From assembly GCA_964473175.1 (NCBI GenBank), contig CAYYNN010000001.1, positions 408-64,407 on the forward strand: DNA of 64,000 bases. The letters run 5' to 3'. This document shows, one piece after another, positions 58,049-64,000 of the stretch (positions are counted from its first letter, which is position 1; each line of letters starts with the position of its first letter). The position numbers and the translations under genes are program-made. Origin of the DNA: an uncultured Candidatus Saccharibacteria bacterium (lineage in GTDB: Bacteria; Patescibacteriota; Minisyncoccia; Phycocordibacterales; UBA9973). Below the pieces are notes generated by a model. That model searched no databases. It saw only the letters and a list, made by a program, of their open reading frames with translations, and had not been told where the DNA came from.

Positions 58049-58483
58049 ATGAAAATAATCCTCCTCAAATCAGTCACCAAAGTCGGTCATAAAGATGACA
58101 TTATCGATGTCGCTGATGGGTTCGCACAGCACTCATTGTTTCCCAAAAAACTAGCTATCGCTGCAACACCAGCTGCTATTGCTCGCTTGAAACAACAGCA
58201 ACAAAACACACGTGTCGTTCGCGAAGTACGGCACAAACTACTCGATGCAGCCATACAAGAACTTAACGCAGTAACATTACGTATGAAAGTGAAAGCAAAT
58301 GACCAAGGTAGTTTATTTTCAAAAATTCATGCTTCTGATATTGTGAACTATTTGTCAAAAGAACATCATATTGATATTGATGAGTCAAATATACAAATCC
58401 CTGATATTAAAAAATTGGGATCATACAAAATAACTGTTTCGGATGAAGGATATACGGCTACAGTTACTATTGATGTTATATAA
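58049..58483 (+). CDS. rplI: 50S ribosomal protein L9
   Basis: MKIILLKSVTKVGHKDDIIDVADGFA N-domain. 144 aa. Confidence 0.9.
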   Translation: MKIILLKSVTKVGHKDDIIDVADGFAQHSLFPKKLAIAATPAAIARLKQQQQNTRVVREVRHKLLDAAIQELNAVTLRMKVKANDQGSLFSKIHASDIVNYLSKEHHIDIDESNIQIPDIKKLGSYKITVSDEGYTATVTIDVI

Positions 58484-58520
58484 ATAAAACCCCTCAGAGT
58501 AATGAGGGATTTTATTTATA
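58482..58520. terminator. bidirectional terminator between rplI (+) and rpmA (-)
   Basis: ccctca-gagtaa-tgaggg flanked symmetrically by A/T runs. Confidence 0.65.
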
Positions 58521-58791
58521 TAATGATATTTGCTGCCTTACGAACGGTGTGTGTTCCGTCAAAGTTTTGCTTGCGCTTATTGGTGAACTTCACTGTGCCA
58601 TCCTTGAGTGCATAGAGAGTATGGTCTTTACCAATACCAACTGATGTACCTGCAAGAATTTTGGTCCCACGCTGTCGAACGATAATAGATCCAGACGTAG
58701 CAAATTGCCCGTCATAAAGCTTGGTACCGAGATATTGTGGATTGGAATCCGTTAGGTTTTTTGCCGCTCCTTGGGCTTTCTTATGTGCCAT
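58516..58791 (-). CDS. rpmA: 50S ribosomal protein L27
   Basis: [12 protein letters not shown] ... the L27 signature throughout. Confidence 0.9.
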   Translation of the reverse strand: MAHKKAQGAAKNLTDSNPQYLGTKLYDGQFATSGSIIVRQRGTKILAGTSVGIGKDHTLYALKDGTVKFTNKRKQNFDGTHTVRKAANIII

Positions 58792-58841
58792 AGACGTACA
58801 TCTTACCTGGGGGAGGGTATTGTGTCAATCCTCTCTTAACA

Positions 58842-59246
58842 TTGCAAAATAGGGTATTATATAGGTATATGCAAAACCTTATAACCAAGCATTATCGCGT
58901 CATTTCAACACTGCTTATTCTTGCTATTGCCGGATTGTCATTTTATGTTGGAATGTTGCAGGGAAGTCAGGTAGCAGGGAAGTCGGTTGCCCTCAACTGT
59001 AGCCCAAATGTTCTATCTAAGCTCAATATACCTACACAAGCACTTGCAGAGGATATAAAGAATAGCCCAGAGAGTGCACCTACCTCTTTGAATGAATCAC
59101 AAGGAACGTTTGCTGGCTCAAAAAATGGCACAAAGTACTACGCGCCTGGTTGTGCTGGCCTTGAGCGTATTAAACCTGAAAATCGAGTATGGTTCCAGAC
59201 CGCAGAAGATGCTACGTTGCAAGGATATACTGCTGCGAGTTGTTAA
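58842..59246 (+). CDS. hypothetical anchored protein with C-terminal Ada-N-like motif (YYAPGC...ENRVWFQTAEDA..GY)
   Basis: TM helix. The C-terminal 40 aa resemble the fold motif of the Ada metal-binding domain or related small DNA/metal-binding domains, but only two Cys are present. Confidence 0.35.
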   Translation: MQNRVLYRYMQNLITKHYRVISTLLILAIAGLSFYVGMLQGSQVAGKSVALNCSPNVLSKLNIPTQALAEDIKNSPESAPTSLNESQGTFAGSKNGTKYYAPGCAGLERIKPENRVWFQTAEDATLQGYTAASC

Positions 59247-59264
59247 TTTATTCAGTAACAGTAC

Positions 59265-60182
59265 ATGAAAACTCTTGGTAACATCGCCATCACTATCGCT
59301 CTAACACTCCTCATTGTCGCAGTGGTAAAGCCTGATTTTGCCGATACTTTTGCGGATAGAGTACTCGGCTCACTCGAAAAATCTTCAGAAGTACTACCGG
59401 AGCGAATTTCTGAGAAGATTGAACCTTATGTGCCCGATGTATTGATCTCATATCTACATACTATTCGACCAGCTCCATCAACAACGACATCATCTGAGGT
59501 TTCAGTTGCGGCACTTTCAACGAATAATATTATCGACGCAACAAATGCTGAACGATTAAAGGCTGGACTTGAACCACTTGTCCTTAATCCAAAGCTTGTG
59601 CAATCTGCGACAGTAAAAACAAACGATATGATAACGAAACAATATTTTGAACATATTTCTCCGACAGGGGCTGGTGTGGCAGATCTGGGTAAGCAGGTAG
59701 GGTATGAGTATGTTATTTTAGGTGAAAACTTGGCTCTGGGAGACTTTGTGGATGGTAATGATGTAGTTGCAGCATGGATGAATAGTCCAGGCCATCGAGC
59801 AAATATTTTGAATCCGAACTATCAAGAGATTGGCGTATACGCCGGTAAAGCTATCTATCAAGGCCGAGATGTTTGGTTTGCTGTACAACATTTTGGTACC
59901 GCACGTAATGCATGCCCTATGATCAATACCGCACTCAAGAACTCCATCGATACTATCAATGCTGACCTGAAGGCTCGACAAGCCCAAATTGCGAATGATA
60001 AAGCCTCGCTTGAAGCTCCAGATCGTCCAGAAGGAGATGAGTACAAGGACCGTGTTACGGAGTTCAATAAACTGGTTGCTGAGTACAATACAGCGTTAGT
60101 AATTTCTCAAGAAAAAATTAAACTTTATAATATACAAGTTTCTTCGTTTAACGCGTGCCTTACGCAATACCAATCGAAATAA
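59265..60182 (+). CDS. CAP (SCP/PR-1-like, YkwD-type) domain extracellular protein
   Basis: Signal peptide. CAP motifs (HFTQVVW-like VGYEYVILGENLA, NSPGHRANIL, GRDVWFAVQHFG). Confidence 0.8.
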   Translation: MKTLGNIAITIALTLLIVAVVKPDFADTFADRVLGSLEKSSEVLPERISEKIEPYVPDVLISYLHTIRPAPSTTTSSEVSVAALSTNNIIDATNAERLKAGLEPLVLNPKLVQSATVKTNDMITKQYFEHISPTGAGVADLGKQVGYEYVILGENLALGDFVDGNDVVAAWMNSPGHRANILNPNYQEIGVYAGKAIYQGRDVWFAVQHFGTARNACPMINTALKNSIDTINADLKARQAQIANDKASLEAPDRPEGDEYKDRVTEFNKLVAEYNTALVISQEKIKLYNIQVSSFNACLTQYQSK

Positions 60183-60343
60183 AAGAGGTCTTTATTCTTA
60201 CTACTTAGGATAAAGAGGGGGTTTATATATTAACGTCGCACAATATATCTTTTACGACACTATATCCTATACATACAGTATTGAGATACGTTACAAAAAA
60301 AGACCCCTTACAAAAAGAGGCCTTTATTTGTGTCACCGAATAG

Positions 60344-60859
60344 TTATCTAGTGTTTAACATAATCGAACCGTAATAAGAATTATCAAATGGGTATGGTTC
60401 GTATGAGTACTGATATCCATAAGAAGTATTTGCAACAACGGGAATATTTGCACAATAAGATCCGTTAAACTGGTATCCTGGAGCACATTGGCATGACTGT
60501 GATACGTTATTAAAATATGACATGAGACCTATTTGATGTTCGCACACATATTTCTCTTGACGACAAAGTCCTGAACCTAATGCATATCCAGGGATACATA
60601 CACATCGTGATGTTCCATCAAAGTACGAATTCATAGGACATGTTGGTGGTTGGTTGTATGAAGACATATAGTATTGAGGGTATTGGTTACTAACCTGCAT
60701 TGCAGGATTGAAATATTGGATGTAGTTTTGTTGATACTGCGTATTGGATACGGTATACCCTTTCGCCACAACGTACTGATCGGGCCCATAGTATGACGCA
60801 GTCACGGGTGCAGGAATGCTTAGTACGAGGGTAATAAAAATAAATAAAAATGTTTTCAT
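60344..60859 (-). CDS. secreted Tyr/Cys-rich protein with three C-x-C-x-PGY...C repeats
   Basis: Signal peptide. Repeats CVCIPGYALGSGLC, CQCAPGYQFNGSYC and a Tyr/Gln-rich low-complexity N-half. Confidence 0.5.
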   Translation of the reverse strand: MKTFLFIFITLVLSIPAPVTASYYGPDQYVVAKGYTVSNTQYQQNYIQYFNPAMQVSNQYPQYYMSSYNQPPTCPMNSYFDGTSRCVCIPGYALGSGLCRQEKYVCEHQIGLMSYFNNVSQSCQCAPGYQFNGSYCANIPVVANTSYGYQYSYEPYPFDNSYYGSIMLNTR

Positions 60860-61156
60860 ATGTTTACCACTCTATCTATACAGGCCCTCTTTGTCAAATA
60901 ATAAGGTATATGGACAAGCTAATGCTGGGGAGTTAGATCAGTTGCTGCGAAATGTTTTTTGTAGTCATTTTTGGGAGCAGAAAAACGTATAATTTCATGA
61001 CAGTGCTTACATTTTATCTCAATAATTCCATGTACAAGAAAGCTTTTACACAGCAACTTCCCGCACAAACATCGATATTCTTCTAATTGTTTCATATCGT
61101 AGAGTATATGTACTAGATATTAAGAATAGATAAAATAAAAATAAAGATTCTCTAAA

Positions 61157-62548
61157 TTACTTAGGTATGACAATTAAAAAAGCTGTATAGGTATTTGGGA
61201 TACTTTTTACAGATACAGAACCCTTAAAATCTTTTTCGACTATTTGTCTTACTATCGACAATCCAAGGCCAGTCCCCTTCGTTAATTCCCCACTTTTTGT
61301 AGTGAAGAATGGATCAAATATTTTATTAATATTTTCTGTAAGGATACCTATGCCATGATCAATAATCTGACAATGCACTCGACTTCCCTTTACCCTCATT
61401 GTTATCACCACTTCCTTCTTTCTTGGTGTGTTTTTTACAAAATCGTATGCGTCTATGGCATTTGATAAGAGATTTAATATTACTTGATTCCACAGTATTG
61501 GATCACCATTAATTGCCATTGCACTGTCCCCTTTTAATGTAAGTACCACGGATGCAACGTGTGCCTTATACGAAAGTATTTCCATTACTTGTCGCGTTTC
61601 CTCGTATAGACAAAATATTTTCTTAGACCCTTTCTTTGTTATCTGACCTCGGACCGCTACTACAAAACGCTCCATTCTTTTTGTGGCGACAAAAGCTTGG
61701 TCAAGATATTGTTCAGCTTTTAATAGATTATGTGATAGCCCTTCATATTTTGCTTTCTCAACATTCAGAGATACTGCAGTTAATGGATTTATTAAATCAT
61801 GAAAAAGCCCTGATGAAAGGCGGCCAAATTCTGCAAAACTATAGAGTTGGGCAATCTTTTCTAATTGCATTTCTTTTATTTCTCGAGTGCGCTCTATGAT
61901 GGTTCCTTCGAGAGAGTCTCTTTCTTGACACAAAGCATCCTCCGATCTCCGTGCTCGAGCAAGGGAACATTCTATTTCTCGATTTGAAAGCCATGAAACC
62001 GTAGCGATAATTAAAAAAATAACTATCGTAATAAAAGTGTCTGAGAATTCCCACGTATCGTTTCTCCATTGATAGTTGGCAACAACAATATGCAATCTTT
62101 GAAAATGGCCAAGTAATATCAATATACTTGCAATAAGTCCCGTCATTAAAAACGCACAACGCGTATTGATTAATACGCCAGCCATCACAATAACAAGTGT
62201 GTATAGTAATAGAGAAGAAGTGACCTCAAGTCCCCATTTATATCCCATCCAGAACGCTATGAACATAAAAATCCCGATTAAAATATAGGATGAAAGTTGT
62301 GATAACCCATGAATCGAAAACCAATATAGTAAAAAAGAAAACAATGCTAATGCCACAATAAGCGTTGGTGGGATAAGTGTATGTGCTGTTCCTGTTTCAG
62401 AAATCCAAACAAAAAAACTTGTTATACTCGCAATAATAAAAAGTACCGTTGCGCTTAACAGTAATACATTAAGAATAAATTCTTTCCGTTGCCTATCTTC
62501 ATTAGAAGATCGGGGTCGAACAATATTTTTTATTATTGCCAGTATCAT
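61157..62548 (-). CDS. Sensor histidine kinase (polytopic membrane, HisKA plus HATPase_c)
   Basis: About six TM helices. H-box FHDLINPLT. N, G1 (DHGIGI) and G2 (GTGLGLSIV) boxes. Confidence 0.85.
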   Translation of the reverse strand: MILAIIKNIVRPRSSNEDRQRKEFILNVLLLSATVLFIIASITSFFVWISETGTAHTLIPPTLIVALALFSFLLYWFSIHGLSQLSSYILIGIFMFIAFWMGYKWGLEVTSSLLLYTLVIVMAGVLINTRCAFLMTGLIASILILLGHFQRLHIVVANYQWRNDTWEFSDTFITIVIFLIIATVSWLSNREIECSLARARRSEDALCQERDSLEGTIIERTREIKEMQLEKIAQLYSFAEFGRLSSGLFHDLINPLTAVSLNVEKAKYEGLSHNLLKAEQYLDQAFVATKRMERFVVAVRGQITKKGSKKIFCLYEETRQVMEILSYKAHVASVVLTLKGDSAMAINGDPILWNQVILNLLSNAIDAYDFVKNTPRKKEVVITMRVKGSRVHCQIIDHGIGILTENINKIFDPFFTTKSGELTKGTGLGLSIVRQIVEKDFKGSVSVKSIPNTYTAFLIVIPK

Positions 62549-62652
62549 ACCTACTTTTCCGTTACGGGATACTTATAACAATATTCATACAGATGAGTAC
62601 CTAGTGGTATATAGATGTCTAGCACCTTCTGCGCAAAGTATATAGTAAATTA

Positions 62653-63318
62653 CTAAAGCATTTTATATCCTACGCCAGAAATAGTGTGGATAAGTGCTTT
62701 GCTGTTTTTGTCTCCAAGTTTTGTACGAAGATTTAATACATGAGTTTCTATTGTGTTAGTAAATGGATCTGCGTTTACTCCCCACACGTGTTCCAAAATA
62801 GACATTCTACTCAGTATTCTGCCATGGTTATACATAAGGTATTCCAGTAAAGAAAATTCTTTCGGGGTCAATACTATTTCCTTATTATTATTTGTTACAA
62901 GATGTCTTGTAGTGTCGAGTACAAGTTCCCCTACATGGAGAATACATTCCTTAAGCTTCTCAGGTCTTCTAAGAAGCGCTCTTACTCGAGCGAGTAATTC
63001 ACTAAAAACAAATGGTTTAGTCATATAATCATCTGCTCCGATGTTGAGTAGTTCAACTTTCGTTAATACTTCTGTTGTTACTGAAAGCATAATTATTCGA
63101 GTAGTAACATTAGTCGTACGTAATTCGATACAAACTTGTCTACCATTAAGTATTGGTAAGTTGTAATCCAATAGTATCAAATCGTAGAGATGTATCTGTG
63201 CTTTTTGAAGACCTATTTTCCCATTTACGGCACTGTCGACGATAAATCCTTCCTCCCTGAAAGCTTGAATAAGAAATAATCGCATGTCATTATCATCTTC
63301 GATGATAAGAATATTCAT
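62653..63318 (-). CDS. OmpR-family response regulator
   Basis: Receiver domain (IIEDD, phospho-acceptor D in LILLDYNLP, K in MLSV) and a C-terminal winged-helix (LTPKEFSLLEYL). Confidence 0.9.
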   Translation of the reverse strand: MNILIIEDDNDMRLFLIQAFREEGFIVDSAVNGKIGLQKAQIHLYDLILLDYNLPILNGRQVCIELRTTNVTTRIIMLSVTTEVLTKVELLNIGADDYMTKPFVFSELLARVRALLRRPEKLKECILHVGELVLDTTRHLVTNNNKEIVLTPKEFSLLEYLMYNHGRILSRMSILEHVWGVNADPFTNTIETHVLNLRTKLGDKNSKALIHTISGVGYKML

Positions 63319-63480
63319 GTCGTCATTTTATCATGAAGGTATGTTAATTGCATTATTAAATACTATTCTTTGGTTAGAGATTTCAAACTTCAGCATGAAT
63401 GTTAGGTATAAAATTGACAAAGATAGGTATATACCGTATAGTTGAAATAAATATTTTTTCATTTTTAAATTGTATAGAAC

Positions 63481-63945
63481 ATGAAAAGTCTAGTGGTTAT
63501 TTTATTGCTCTCGATAAGTGGATTAACTTCCTGTGTTTCTTCTAAAATTACTACCGAGGATCCCTACTGCCCTACATATTACCCTGTGTGTTATTCAGAC
63601 AAGATCGGTGCAATGATTCATAACAGAAGTGATCTCTACCTCGATCGTGGTTTTCCTAACAAACCTTTCGAATACACTGATTTCTCTGATAGTTTCTTGC
63701 CTATACAAACAGAGTATAGTCAAACACAAGCAGTTCTGCTCTTTTGGTTTATGCAAGAAAAAGACATGAAACTAACAAAGAGTGGTATAAACGTGATTGG
63801 TACCAATACAGATACAAGTGTCACGCTTACCTTCAATGAAAAAAGGAAGGAATGGTGGATTACCATGGTACCCAATAAGCAGTTACAAATCTTAGTTCAG
63901 AAGAAAAATATCCGAAGGTGTACGTTCAAGGGCGCTACTGATTGA
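63481..63945 (+). CDS. putative lipoprotein (154 aa)
   Basis: Signal peptide with a lipobox-like LTSC. No other motif. Confidence 0.4.
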   Translation: MKSLVVILLLSISGLTSCVSSKITTEDPYCPTYYPVCYSDKIGAMIHNRSDLYLDRGFPNKPFEYTDFSDSFLPIQTEYSQTQAVLLFWFMQEKDMKLTKSGINVIGTNTDTSVTLTFNEKRKEWWITMVPNKQLQILVQKKNIRRCTFKGATD

Positions 63946-64000
63946 GTTACTACAGTTTGAGAGATTGCCCCTGTAATTCAGGGGCTTTTTTATGTATACT

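Noticed and set aside
1-64000. CRISPR arrays, rRNA genes, transposases or integrases
   Set aside because: I found no short regularly spaced direct repeats and no rRNA-like conserved blocks. None of the translated ORFs shows transposase or integrase motifs (DDE, tyrosine recombinase R..H..R..Y). The 19.7-23 kb cassette was considered as a prophage remnant, but no integrase, terminase or portal-like proteins are present.

Overview
This is a 64 kb chromosomal segment from a low-GC (about 40%) bacterium. It is gene-dense, mostly + strand, and reads best with the standard bacterial code; long ORFs are not interrupted, so there is no sign of UGA recoding. Supportable content, in order:

- **1-3 kb:** the 3' end of a type III restriction-modification operon. 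The mod gene is truncated at the window edge and the res gene is complete.
- **3.2-8.7 kb:** a CsoR-controlled copper-resistance operon (csoR, copA, a DUF305 protein, a His-rich membrane protein, an HMA-DsbD_2 fusion and a small Cys/Met protein). A textbook CsoR-type GC palindrome sits at the csoR start.
- **9.2-10.4 kb:** a secreted protein with a T9SS-type C-terminal sorting domain, and an MGMT-family protein.
- **11.4-17.1 kb:** PBP2, greA, and the start of a dcw cluster (mraZ with GTGGG direct-repeat boxes, rsmH, an FtsL-like gene, ftsI).
- **19.7-29.4 kb:** an all-plus-strand surface/secretion locus.
  - A Tat-signal protein, a 710-aa Ser/Thr-rich protein and an acidic protein.
  - tatC and two tandem tatA paralogs.
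  - An 810-aa repeat protein ending in a canonical dockerin module.
  - Two membrane-anchored cohesin-like proteins.
- **29.4-38.9 kb:** tRNA-Glu, a Gmad2-domain protein, a DUF3298/DUF4163 protein, rmuC, a DEDDh exonuclease, a GatB/YqeY-domain protein, a holin-like protein, MYG1, obg and gatB.
- **39-52 kb:** a giant multidomain surface protein, then central carbon metabolism genes (gap, rpiB, an rpe-like gene, a split transketolase, pfkB kinase, fba, an FAD oxidase).
- **52-60 kb:** rplY, a coiled-coil lytic transglycosylase, rpmE, prfA, tRNA-Ile, rsmI, ctpA, rplI, rpmA and a CAP-domain protein.
- **60.3-63.9 kb:** a Cys/Tyr-rich secreted protein, a two-component system and a lipoprotein.

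I found no CRISPR array, rRNA, transposase or integrase. The most unusual features are:

- the cohesin-dockerin gene triad next to the Tat genes;
- the Tat-substrate cassette upstream of tatC;
- a mosaic 460-nt intragenic tandem duplication;
- paired palindromic elements flanking prfA;
- a T9SS sorting domain in an otherwise reduced-looking genome.

All functional calls come from reading motifs in the translated ORFs. No database search was run.
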